Source: Candidatus Saccharimonadia bacterium (GTDB lineage: Bacteria > Patescibacteriota > Saccharimonadia > Saccharimonadales > 2-12-FULL-41-12). From it: a stretch of 64,000 bases of DNA. A model generated the notes under the pieces. That model made no database searches, was not told the origin of the DNA, and worked only from the letters and a program-made list of their open reading frames with translations. This document shows positions 53,261 through 62,330 of this stretch, piece after piece. A program made the translations under genes and the position numbers. Location: assembly GCA_963717365.1 (NCBI GenBank), contig OY970327.1, forward strand, positions 523,599-587,598. Direction: 5' to 3'. How positions within the stretch are numbered: position 1 is the stretch's first letter; every line of letters begins with the position of its first letter.

Positions 53261-54394
53261 TTACTCATTATTAATTAGACGAATCGACTGTGTCTCATCT
53301 GTAAATTGCAGGTTGAACACATCTGATCCGGTAGCTTTAAGCTGGCGGACTGTTTTAATATGTCGGCCTTCGGACGAACGTACCAGCGCGTAGCCCTGCT
53401 GCAACGGCAACAACGGATCCAACGCTTTTAGTAAAATTTCTGAGTTTGCTAACTGCTGCTGGCAATTACCCATAATTACCTGAAGTGAATCAACCAGACG
53501 AAGTCGACAATCAACCAGGTAATCACCTTCTCTTTGAATAATTTGTGCAAGTTGGCTGTGTAGCTGTTCTTGTAATCGGCTAGTAACCGCCAGTTCATGT
53601 GTCGCATCGGGGACGAGCAGTTCTGCAGCGTTACTGGGCGTGCTAGCCCGTAGGTCTGCTGCCAGTTCAGCTAGGCTGACGTCATTTTCGTGACCGATTG
53701 CCACTAATGTTGGAATGCGGCTGGCGGCGACAGCGCGCACCACCGACTCTTCGCTAAACGCACCAAGGTCATCCGCGCTGCCGCCGCCCCGGATCAGCAC
53801 TAACACTTCCGGTGGATGGCTCATCATATTAAACTTCTGAATTGCCGTTACAATTGCGGCTGGTGCCTGTGTTCCTTGCACCAAGCTATCTATCAGCTCA
53901 ATCTGCAAGCTAGGCCAACGGGCTGTCATAATCTTTTTAAAGTCGGCGATAGCGGCTGATTCAGCCGATGTTACTAGTCCAATCCGCTGTGGTGGGTATG
54001 GTAAGGAGCGCTTGCGCTCCGGTGCGAATAATCCTTCTGTTTCGAGCTTTTTTAACAGCAAATCTTGAGCCTTGCGAATTGAACCTTCACCGACAGCCCG
54101 CAGACTATCAATGTTGATACTAAAACCAAATTGGTTGTGCAGCTTAGGCCGGCCAACAACTTCGCAGGTAATACCGTCTTCCAGTGGTCCGGGCAGATTA
54201 AAAACCGTCCCAAAAAACTTAACGCTAGAAGATTCGTCTTTCAGGTCAAAGTACACCCACTTACCTTTGCTTACCCGAAAATTAGATAACTCACCTACCA
54301 CCGCTATTTGCGGATACATCATATCCAGCGACTGGTTAAATACCGCCACAAATTCACTGACGGTAAAAGTTGGGCTCTGTCCGATCATTGACAT
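53261..54394 (-). CDS. xseA: exodeoxyribonuclease VII large subunit
   Basis: OB-fold N-terminus FTVSEFVAVFNQSL...VVGELSNFRVSKGKWVYFDLKDE, the catalytic core LIRGGGSADDL, and a coiled-coil tail. Confidence 0.85.
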   Translation of the reverse strand: MSMIGQSPTFTVSEFVAVFNQSLDMMYPQIAVVGELSNFRVSKGKWVYFDLKDESSSVKFFGTVFNLPGPLEDGITCEVVGRPKLHNQFGFSINIDSLRAVGEGSIRKAQDLLLKKLETEGLFAPERKRSLPYPPQRIGLVTSAESAAIADFKKIMTARWPSLQIELIDSLVQGTQAPAAIVTAIQKFNMMSHPPEVLVLIRGGGSADDLGAFSEESVVRAVAASRIPTLVAIGHENDVSLAELAADLRASTPSNAAELLVPDATHELAVTSRLQEQLHSQLAQIIQREGDYLVDCRLRLVDSLQVIMGNCQQQLANSEILLKALDPLLPLQQGYALVRSSEGRHIKTVRQLKATGSDVFNLQFTDETQSIRLINNE

Positions 54395-54398
54395 CGTC

Positions 54399-55469
54399 TC
54401 ATACTAACGGTTTATCCTTTCGGTTCAGGGCTTTATGGTAGAAATAATAGCCGGGCGGCAATTGGATGGCGCTGCTGAGCACACGGTACATAACCGTAAT
54501 CGGCAGACTGGTAGATGGTGGTACTCCAACTGTCGCTAGTACAGCAGTCATTAAGCCCTCATACACCCCTACACCGCCTGGAAGTACCGAAATTAAGCCG
54601 GCAAAATTAGCAATCGCATATGCCAGAATAACGGCGCCAAAATTAATATATTCTGAAAATGCCGCGTAAACGGTATAAATAGTTAGAATTTCAGTCAAAC
54701 TGGCAAAAAAAGCGTAGATTAATGGCATCTTTAGTTGTAAGTAATTTTTCTGAAGGGTTTTGTAATTTTCGTGGAATTCCAAAAATAATTGGCGCACCGA
54801 CGCGATATTAATCGTTTCAGGGTGGTGTGGTCGTACCAGCTGGATGAGCTTATTAAGCACTTTGGTCATTGAAGTAAAGAAGGTGTCGATACGCGTTCGA
54901 CTGCTAACGATGTATATGACTGCTAGCGTGCCGACTATTAGCAATGTACCGAGCGAACTGGCCACTAGAATAGTTAGGTTGCTGGCTTTGCCGGTAATAG
55001 CCAGCATGAGCAAGCCCATAAGCAGCAACGCCTGGAACGATATAAATACTGTTATGAAGCGCATCGTCTGCACTAATGTTGCCTGGGCGGCAGTCGCCCC
55101 TAATTGTTTCATTCGTAAGCTAAAATAGGAAAAACCGGAAACGCCTGCGCTCGGAAAGACATGATTAACAAAGTTTAACTCCACTGATGCTTTGTACATC
55201 GATGAATACTTCATTTTTTTGCCTAAAATACCAAACAACCCCTGGTAAAGCTTGGCGTAAGTATGGTAGTTAATTATCTGCCACACAATGATAAATAACA
55301 GGATATATATATTGACCTGATCAAGATTAGAAAAGGTTTCTAAAATCTGATCACGCAACAAAAAAATCAGCAATAGTAACGCTGTCAGCGTAAACCAGGT
55401 TAGAATTCGGCGCCACTTATTACCCTGCTTTACTTCCCGGATTTTTTTGCCGCGCACTTTTTCAGTCAT
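54399..55469 (-). CDS. UPF0104 / lysylphosphatidylglycerol-synthase-TM-region-like (flippase-like) membrane protein
   Basis: Polytopic membrane protein with an LPGGVGVYEG motif near the C-terminus. Confidence 0.55.
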   Translation of the reverse strand: MTEKVRGKKIREVKQGNKWRRILTWFTLTALLLLIFLLRDQILETFSNLDQVNIYILLFIIVWQIINYHTYAKLYQGLFGILGKKMKYSSMYKASVELNFVNHVFPSAGVSGFSYFSLRMKQLGATAAQATLVQTMRFITVFISFQALLLMGLLMLAITGKASNLTILVASSLGTLLIVGTLAVIYIVSSRTRIDTFFTSMTKVLNKLIQLVRPHHPETINIASVRQLFLEFHENYKTLQKNYLQLKMPLIYAFFASLTEILTIYTVYAAFSEYINFGAVILAYAIANFAGLISVLPGGVGVYEGLMTAVLATVGVPPSTSLPITVMYRVLSSAIQLPPGYYFYHKALNRKDKPLV

Positions 55470-55570
55470 ACCTCAACAGTATACGCTACTTCGGTCACCG
55501 ACGTAATAACCCTTGTATGAATTCAGCGTGAATACTCGCAAATTAACTGCTTCCTATATACTTAAATCAT

Positions 55571-56809
55571 ATGACCTTACTTTGTATTCTGGGCCGCCAA
55601 CCAGCATTGGGCTCGGCCGAACTTGAAAATCGCTTTGGTGCTGACGCGCTCCAATCAATCCTGCCTGAAATTATGCAGCTCGAAACTGATCAAGATGTTT
55701 CTGTGTTCGAACAGTTTGGCGGCATCCAGAAAGTAACTAAATTACTCACTTACCTAGAAACTACTGATTGGAATAAAGCTATTCGCCAAGTTCAGAAATT
55801 ATTGCCCCATCACCTGCAGTACATTCCGGAAGGTAAAATTACGATTGGTCTCAGTATTCATGGCCTATCTGCTTCACCCCAGCAAATAAATGCCGCTGCG
55901 CTGTCACTCAAAAAAACAATTAAGGCTAGCGGTCGCAGCGCCCGGGTTGTACCCAATAATGAGCCGACCCTAAATACCGCGCAAGTCATACACAACAAAT
56001 TGACCGGCTCGAATGGTATGGAATTATTACTAATTAATGACCGCGGCCGACTCATTCTTGCTCAAACCGTTTGGGTTCAGGACATCGAAGCGTACCGACT
56101 GCGCGACCAGGAACGTCCGATGCGCGACGCCCGCATCGGCATGCTTCCCCCTAAACTAGCCCAAATCATCCTAAACCTCGCCATTACCGAAGAACAAGCT
56201 GATGACCCAGCTTCTATAACCGTTCTTGATCCGTTCTGTGGCACCGGTGTCCTACTCCAAGAAGCAACCCTAAACGGCTTCAATGTAGCTGGCACGGATC
56301 TAGATCCCCGCATGGTCGACTACACAACCAAAAATCTGACATGGCTGGCTAGCAAACTCACTCTTGACATGCGTCCTCGGCTCGCTGGGGCGAGCCTGCG
56401 GAATGTCTCGATTGAGTTTACTCAGCAGCCGCCAGCGAAAGTTGGTGATGCCACCAGCATACGCTGGTCAGAACCGTTTGACGTAATAGCAGCCGAAACC
56501 TTTCTTGGCAGGCCATTATCGAGTCAGCCGGATCAGGAAACACTGCAGAAGATTATCAATGATTGTAATACGATCCATAGGAAGTTTTTGCAGAATGTGG
56601 CGCGTCAAACAAATCCTGGTTTTAGAATGTGTCTGGCCGTGCCGGCTTGGGCTGGTAAAAATGGTTTTAAACACCTGCCGGTGCTTGACCACCTCGAGGA
56701 ATTAGGCTATAATCGAATCAGTTTCGTTCACGCAAATGCTAATGAGCTGGTTTATCACAGAAAAGACCAAATTGTTGCCCGTGAACTAGTAGTATTAACC
56801 AGAAGATAA
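55571..56809 (+). CDS. SAM-dependent methyltransferase (UPF0020/Trm11-like)
   Basis: Motif I VLDPFCGTGVLLQEA. TATACT (55557-55562) lies 8 nt before the ATG. Confidence 0.55.
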   Translation: MTLLCILGRQPALGSAELENRFGADALQSILPEIMQLETDQDVSVFEQFGGIQKVTKLLTYLETTDWNKAIRQVQKLLPHHLQYIPEGKITIGLSIHGLSASPQQINAAALSLKKTIKASGRSARVVPNNEPTLNTAQVIHNKLTGSNGMELLLINDRGRLILAQTVWVQDIEAYRLRDQERPMRDARIGMLPPKLAQIILNLAITEEQADDPASITVLDPFCGTGVLLQEATLNGFNVAGTDLDPRMVDYTTKNLTWLASKLTLDMRPRLAGASLRNVSIEFTQQPPAKVGDATSIRWSEPFDVIAAETFLGRPLSSQPDQETLQKIINDCNTIHRKFLQNVARQTNPGFRMCLAVPAWAGKNGFKHLPVLDHLEELGYNRISFVHANANELVYHRKDQIVARELVVLTRR

Positions 56810-56823
56810 GTTAAGGATTTACG

Positions 56824-57096
56824 ATGTCAAAAGTAAAAGCAGGCGGTTCCAGTAAGAATAACCGCGACAGTCCGGGTCAACGGCTTGGCGTCAAATTATT
56901 TGGCGGCGAGAAAGTTACAGTCGGCCAGGTTATCATCCGCCAAATCGGCCAAACTAAGCGCGCCGGTCCCGGCACTAAACTTAGCCGCAACTTTACCATC
57001 CATGCCGACCGCGATGGCGTCGTCAAGTACACTACCCGCAAAGTCCGCACCTTCACCGGCCGCACCGTTCCCCGCGTTGAAGTCAGCGTTATTTAA
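56824..57096 (+). CDS. rpmA: 50S ribosomal protein L27
   Basis: KAGGSSKNNRDSPGQRLGVKLFGG...IIRQ.G...AG pattern. An AAGGA SD is present. Confidence 0.9.
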   Translation: MSKVKAGGSSKNNRDSPGQRLGVKLFGGEKVTVGQVIIRQIGQTKRAGPGTKLSRNFTIHADRDGVVKYTTRKVRTFTGRTVPRVEVSVI

Positions 57097-58184
57097 GTTT
57101 TAGGCATTAAGTCTTTATATATAGCGCTACGGAGACTATGATCCTTGGTCGCGGCAAAAGCGCTCGACAACATCGCCATTCGTAATTTTGACGTATCTTC
57201 GCCGGAATTTTCTTCACGAGACTTTAAATAACGCATTGCTGAACTAAGCGCACTGCTAATATGGCCGACATTCGGTTGTTCTGCCATATGCTGCTGAAAT
57301 TTATAAAAGTGCGACGCATCTTCTCTCTCCATACCCATATCTTTAACAAGCCGCTCAGTAAGTGGACCGCCGCTAGACATAAGCTGATTGCGATTACGTG
57401 TTAGCGAACCAATTGTCGCCGCGGTAATCATAATGTCGCCCAAGACCGGGTCTATCTCCTGTGCTTGAGCGAGAGACTGATTTTGTCTCATTGCGCTTCC
57501 ATAGGACTGTAATGCCTGGCCATGGTCTGCTGCCCCGTCAACATAGCGCGTCATAAGCAGTACCTGTTCACGGTGTAATTGTAGCGGCGTTTCCGCTTCC
57601 AAGGTTTCTTGGGATTTCTTAAATAATTCCTCGCTCATGTGGAATTTTTCCGTTTCAGCGTCAAAGAAGTACCCCATTTCTGCGAAGTCACCCGGAGAAA
57701 CTACTTCGTGCTCTTCATAGCCATAGTGTTGCTTAATCTCTGACATCGTGTAAGTCGGTGTCCAGGTTAGTTTTTGTTTGTTAAATTGCCCGGCGACCGA
57801 CGCTAGCTGGGTGGCAACCGCTGCTTCATCCTCGGCTTCCTCGGCTGGAATTGTTATTCTAATTGTCTTAAGCGAGCCGTCTTCGGCCACATCTTCTGGA
57901 GTACCAAGTTCCTCGGCAATCTGCTTATTCTCATCAGATAGCGTGGTGTAATCAATATTGATATATAAGCCGTTCGCAGCATTAGCCGAAGAGGAAGTGG
58001 TTCTAATATTTTTATCAAACAAATCTTGGCAAGCAGGCAGTGCTGGTCCTTCGACGTACTGCTCCAGTTCATCAATACCTCGCATTAGATGGTGCGAAGA
58101 CGCCCCAATTCGCTCTACATTAGCTAATGCAGGTATAGTGTGGGCTGGATCTATATTGGTTTTTGGAAGATGTTCGTCGGTCAT
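57093..58184 (-). CDS. hypothetical acidic protein (363 aa)
   Basis: Long ORF. Its stop codon overlaps the rpmA stop (TTAA). Confidence 0.45.
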   Translation of the reverse strand: MTDEHLPKTNIDPAHTIPALANVERIGASSHHLMRGIDELEQYVEGPALPACQDLFDKNIRTTSSSANAANGLYINIDYTTLSDENKQIAEELGTPEDVAEDGSLKTIRITIPAEEAEDEAAVATQLASVAGQFNKQKLTWTPTYTMSEIKQHYGYEEHEVVSPGDFAEMGYFFDAETEKFHMSEELFKKSQETLEAETPLQLHREQVLLMTRYVDGAADHGQALQSYGSAMRQNQSLAQAQEIDPVLGDIMITAATIGSLTRNRNQLMSSGGPLTERLVKDMGMEREDASHFYKFQQHMAEQPNVGHISSALSSAMRYLKSREENSGEDTSKLRMAMLSSAFAATKDHSLRSAIYKDLMPKT

Positions 58185-58249
58185 GTTTTTAGTAATACCT
58201 ATTATTAATTATAGCAAATAATAGCCTAAAAGTCAAGTAAGCGTAACTG

Positions 58250-58882
58250 TTATTTTAGTTTTAGGACTCGTCTCAGAAAACCAGGAGGCAGCGACCATGT
58301 ACCAACTTCGTCGAGTGGCATATTATCACTCTCTTCGCGGTGCGATAAAGGGCTTATAGCGGTTATCAGTTGAAATGGTAAGCGCCCAATTCGGTCAGCC
58401 TTAATACGTACTTCCCCTTTAACATCGGTACTAATCATAAATTCCTGCCCTTCGGCGGTTACTTCCGGAACCAGTTTACTGTTTCCGCCGAGCGAGATGC
58501 TAACTTCTGGCTCAAGTGGCGCCACCAGCTTAGTAGGCTTACCATACGGCTCTTCATTTAATTGCGTTATAAAACAGCTGGCTCTTTTTGTATTATCTGC
58601 CCCATAGGCATTCACCAGCGCAAATCCGTGACTGCCTGATCGCAAAATACCATACAATGCCTGCGTGACATTAAACCTGACGTCACAGCGCAGGGCTAAG
58701 GGTTTACCCAGATCAGGAATAACTGTTAAGTACGGCACCAGGTCTGTTACTCCAACGTACTTAGCGGCGACAATACGACTAAATAAATCTTCTCGCCGTT
58801 CCCGGCCAGGCTGCTCTAACTCCCAACGATCTAAGTCGTCGGCCCACGCCAGAGTTGAGGAAATTTCGCTGCTTCTGTTCAT
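58250..58882 (-). CDS. hypothetical protein (210 aa)
   Basis: ORF downstream of the receiver gene. No recognisable motif. Confidence 0.45.
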   Translation of the reverse strand: MNRSSEISSTLAWADDLDRWELEQPGRERREDLFSRIVAAKYVGVTDLVPYLTVIPDLGKPLALRCDVRFNVTQALYGILRSGSHGFALVNAYGADNTKRASCFITQLNEEPYGKPTKLVAPLEPEVSISLGGNSKLVPEVTAEGQEFMISTDVKGEVRIKADRIGRLPFQLITAISPLSHREESDNMPLDEVGTWSLPPGFLRRVLKLK

Positions 58883-58975
58883 TTTTGTTCTACATTAGTC
58901 ACGCTACCAATACAATAGCAAATATAACCGCAAACAATAAGAATACTGATAAATTCTACAACTATTGGAGACAGG

Positions 58976-59374
58976 TTATACGTTGAGCTGTTTTTTAATG
59001 CGATCTACAATATCGGCAATAACAACTTGTGATTTAACTAGGTAGTCATCAACGCCAAGTGATTCGGCTCGTTCTCTGTCTGCGTCCTGATTGAGAGCAG
59101 TCAGCATGATAATTTTAACATCGGCTGCTTCAGGTGTATTTCTAATGATATCCAGGACATCGAAACCACTGACTTTAGGCATCATTACGTCTAAAAGTAC
59201 TAGGTCTGGCTTTACCTCGAGAATAGTCTGTAAGGCGTCTTCGCCGTTTGCGACTCGAACGGCATTAAAGCCCTCAGCTTCCAAGCGCATGGTGTAAACA
59301 TTTGCCAGATTGTCGTCATCTTCGACGATAACTATTATTTTTTGAGATGAGTCTGTAGTGTTTGTATTTTCCAT
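58976..59374 (-). CDS. response regulator, receiver domain only
   Basis: IVIVEDDD, LVLLDVMMP and YLVKS motifs. No output domain. Confidence 0.85.
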   Translation of the reverse strand: MENTNTTDSSQKIIVIVEDDDNLANVYTMRLEAEGFNAVRVANGEDALQTILEVKPDLVLLDVMMPKVSGFDVLDIIRNTPEAADVKIIMLTALNQDADRERAESLGVDDYLVKSQVVIADIVDRIKKQLNV

Positions 59375-59405
59375 AATAGTGCTTATGCTAACACGAAATT
59401 ATGAT

Positions 59406-61007
59406 TTACGCAATAGCCTTAAGCAGGCCGTTAAACATTGGGTGCGGGTGGTTGGGCCGCGACTTGAATTCCGGATGGAACTGTGACGCCATGAAGAAAG
59501 GATGATCTATGCCCTCAATCACTTCTACTAGGTCATTTTCTGGGTTAATTCCACAGGCGCGAATTCCCCAAGACTCATATTTGTCACGAAAAGCGTTATT
59601 GCATTCGTAACGGTGGCGGTGGCGCTCTACAATTTTATCTGTGCCGTACGTACGGGCTGCTAGGCTACCGCTGGCGAGCGTGCAGTCATAATTGCCCAGA
59701 CGCATGGTTCCGCCGGTGTTTTCTTTGCCAAGCTGATCTTCCATGGTGTGAATAACTTTATTTTTGGCAGTTGGATCAAGTTCTGCCGTGGTAGCGTCCA
59801 TTATACCGCTATTGCGAGCGGCTGCTATAACAGCCATCTGCAAACCAAGACACAAACCAAGGTACGGAAGTTTGTTGGTAAGCGCGTACTGAGCAGCTTT
59901 GATCTTCCCTTCTAGGCCACGGATACCGAAGCCGCCTGGCACAACGATGCCATCGCAGCCCTTTAGCGCGGCGCCGACGTCTGCATTTGGCTTCTCAAGT
60001 TTTTCAGCATCGACCCACTTTATATTAATCATTACGTCGTTCCACATAGCAGCGCTACGCAGCGCTTCAAAAACAGACATATATGTGTCAGTGTTGTCCA
60101 TGTATTTTGCCACTATACCAACGGTGACTGTCTTTTCAAATTTAGTTCGGGCGCGTGTTACTACGTCACGCCAGTCAGTCAAATCTGGCTTGCTGGCTGG
60201 AAGATTTAAACGCTGGACAATCACATTGGCTAGACCGGAATCTTCCAGAGTAAGCGGTACTTCGTAAATAGTTTCAGCATTCGGCAACTGGGCAACTGCT
60301 TCCGGAGCTACACCGCTAAACAAGCTGAGTTTGTTGATGGCTGCTTCTGAGGCAGCCTGCTCACTGCGAGCTACCAATACGTCCGGCACGATACCAAAAC
60401 CGCGCAGTTCGCGCACCGCGTTCTGAGCCGGCTTGGTCTTTACCTCTTGGCTGGCACCCAAAAACGGCATATAGACGACATGAACAAATAAGCAGTGTTC
60501 CCTGCCGGCGGTGTAAGCGAATTCACGGATGGCTTCGATGAAACTTAGGCCTTCATAATCACCTACAGTGCCGCCTACTTCTACAATATGGACGTCAAAG
60601 CCAGCGCCGGCTTCTTTGATCGCATCCTGCATAGCTTGTGTTACATGAGGAATATACTGCACCGTTTTACCAAGATATTTGCCAGCCCGTTCGTCGGCGA
60701 TTACTTTTTGCAATATGCGACCGCTCATCAGTGAGCTAGCCTGAGTTAATTCTTCATCGAGAAAACGTTCATAATGGCCCAGATCGAGGTCAGTTTCGGC
60801 GCCATCTTTAGTAACAAAACACTCGCCATGTTCTGCTGGATTTAATGTTCCAGCATCGGTGTTGAGGTATGGATCGCATTTTTGTACATTTACCGAAAGA
60901 CCGCGAGCTTTAAGCAAGCGTCCTATCGAAGCAGCGGTAATACCCTTACCGACACCCGACAGCACACCACCCGTTACAAAAATATACTTTGTCTGCTTGT
61001 TTCCCAC
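59406..61007 (-). CDS. pyrG: CTP synthase
   Basis: KYIFVTGGVLSGVGKGI N-terminus and the GATase motif GLCLGLQ. GTG start after AGAGAGGGA. Confidence 0.95.
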   Translation of the reverse strand: MGNKQTKYIFVTGGVLSGVGKGITAASIGRLLKARGLSVNVQKCDPYLNTDAGTLNPAEHGECFVTKDGAETDLDLGHYERFLDEELTQASSLMSGRILQKVIADERAGKYLGKTVQYIPHVTQAMQDAIKEAGAGFDVHIVEVGGTVGDYEGLSFIEAIREFAYTAGREHCLFVHVVYMPFLGASQEVKTKPAQNAVRELRGFGIVPDVLVARSEQAASEAAINKLSLFSGVAPEAVAQLPNAETIYEVPLTLEDSGLANVIVQRLNLPASKPDLTDWRDVVTRARTKFEKTVTVGIVAKYMDNTDTYMSVFEALRSAAMWNDVMINIKWVDAEKLEKPNADVGAALKGCDGIVVPGGFGIRGLEGKIKAAQYALTNKLPYLGLCLGLQMAVIAAARNSGIMDATTAELDPTAKNKVIHTMEDQLGKENTGGTMRLGNYDCTLASGSLAARTYGTDKIVERHRHRYECNNAFRDKYESWGIRACGINPENDLVEVIEGIDHPFFMASQFHPEFKSRPNHPHPMFNGLLKAIA

Positions 61008-61042
61008 GCAGAATATCCCTCTCTTAGTTCACCTATGATACT

Positions 61043-61203
61043 GAAGACATCACGCTTTAACTTGTCATTAGCGCTGCTGGTGATCGCTGAGCAAGGATTA
61101 GCTTTTAGGACTGAGACATATCCGTAGATATGGCGATGGAGTAAAAACTAATCCTTGCCAGTGAGGACGGTCAGAGCGTGGCAAGTTAGAGTGTGGTGTC
61201 TTC
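61043..61203 (-). promoter_or_regulatory. rod-like structured element in the pyrG 5' leader
   Basis: Nested pairings: 61043-61053 with 61193-61203, 61058-61064 with 61182-61188, and 61091-61101 with 61148-61158 (11 bp perfect). The apical hairpin is CAUAUC-UACG-GAUAUG at 61117-61132. Confidence 0.45.
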
Positions 61204-61226
61204 AACTGTACTAAAGTTTACCGCAA

Positions 61227-62297
61227 CTAGGCCGTTTCAGGCAAATCGTCATCGTCGTCAGCTTTGTTATGCTCATATTCTTCAATGATCCGGCGAGCAT
61301 TTTGAAGCATTTCATATTGGCGGCGCAGATACTCCTCGTACTTTTTGTCTTTGATGATGCGCAGTGGCTCAGGCTGTATGGCCCAAGCTTGGTTGGAAGC
61401 AACTACTTGTTGATTCCAACGATTTGTCGCAATAGTTATCGTTTCATCGGCGTAAAAATTATTTTTGAGTTGGCCAACATGATGTATTAAACCCTTGTAG
61501 TCATCTATATCGCGGAGTAGTGTAATTAATTGCTTATCGATACCGTCAACCGAGATATTACCATTGTAATCAACCTGCGAAACTAGGTTAACTTTAGTCA
61601 GACCATCAATCTGACCATATGGCCGCATCCGGTCGAGAACACGGTGCTGGGACTGCTCAACTTGTTCAAGTTTTGCCCGATTAGTCATACCCAGTTGGAC
61701 AGCAATCGCATGGGTCTCTTCTGCGAATAAATCGAGTGATATTTCACCATTATATAATTCGGCTGCTAAACGGCTGTGGTAGCCATCCATAAACTTGCCA
61801 GTGACAAGGCTCTGGGCAGCTAGGTTACGAGCGTATTGTTCAGCTTCGACTCGCTTTGTTTCACCGCCGTAAAGGTAGGCATTTTGTTTACGAAGCGGCG
61901 TGTTGGCGTGGGCGCTTTCGTGAACAATGGTACCTAAACGGGATTCGGGTGTTTGCAGTTCATTGTTTTCGTAAATTGAAAATTGTCCATAGTTTGCATC
62001 GCCTGCTCCCCAACTTCCAAGGTGATATAGGGCTTTGCCCTCGTTTTTGCGGTAATGTAGGCTTTGAAAGTTATCTACCGGTAGTCCGATGGCAACAATT
62101 TCACCAATTAACTGTTCTCTGTGAGTATCTGATCTGAATCCTTCATGCGGGACTTCCTGCAACTGAGTTGCCGGGCTTCCGTAGCGGATTTGGTTATCAA
62201 CTTCAGCGTAGTCAAATACATTAACAGCCGGTCTTTCCGCAATACGTGGAGCCACTTCAAATGCTTCGGGATGTGTCTGATATGTACTTGTGGACAT
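61227..62297 (-). CDS. hypothetical protein with an HExxH zinc-metallopeptidase-like motif
   Basis: The only recognisable motif is GTIVHESAHANTP. The C-terminal tail is acidic (ADDDDDLPETA). Confidence 0.45.
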   Translation of the reverse strand: MSTSTYQTHPEAFEVAPRIAERPAVNVFDYAEVDNQIRYGSPATQLQEVPHEGFRSDTHREQLIGEIVAIGLPVDNFQSLHYRKNEGKALYHLGSWGAGDANYGQFSIYENNELQTPESRLGTIVHESAHANTPLRKQNAYLYGGETKRVEAEQYARNLAAQSLVTGKFMDGYHSRLAAELYNGEISLDLFAEETHAIAVQLGMTNRAKLEQVEQSQHRVLDRMRPYGQIDGLTKVNLVSQVDYNGNISVDGIDKQLITLLRDIDDYKGLIHHVGQLKNNFYADETITIATNRWNQQVVASNQAWAIQPEPLRIIKDKKYEEYLRRQYEMLQNARRIIEEYEHNKADDDDDLPETA

Positions 62298-62330
62298 AGT
62301 AACTCATTATTATACAGTAAAAGTCCAGAT

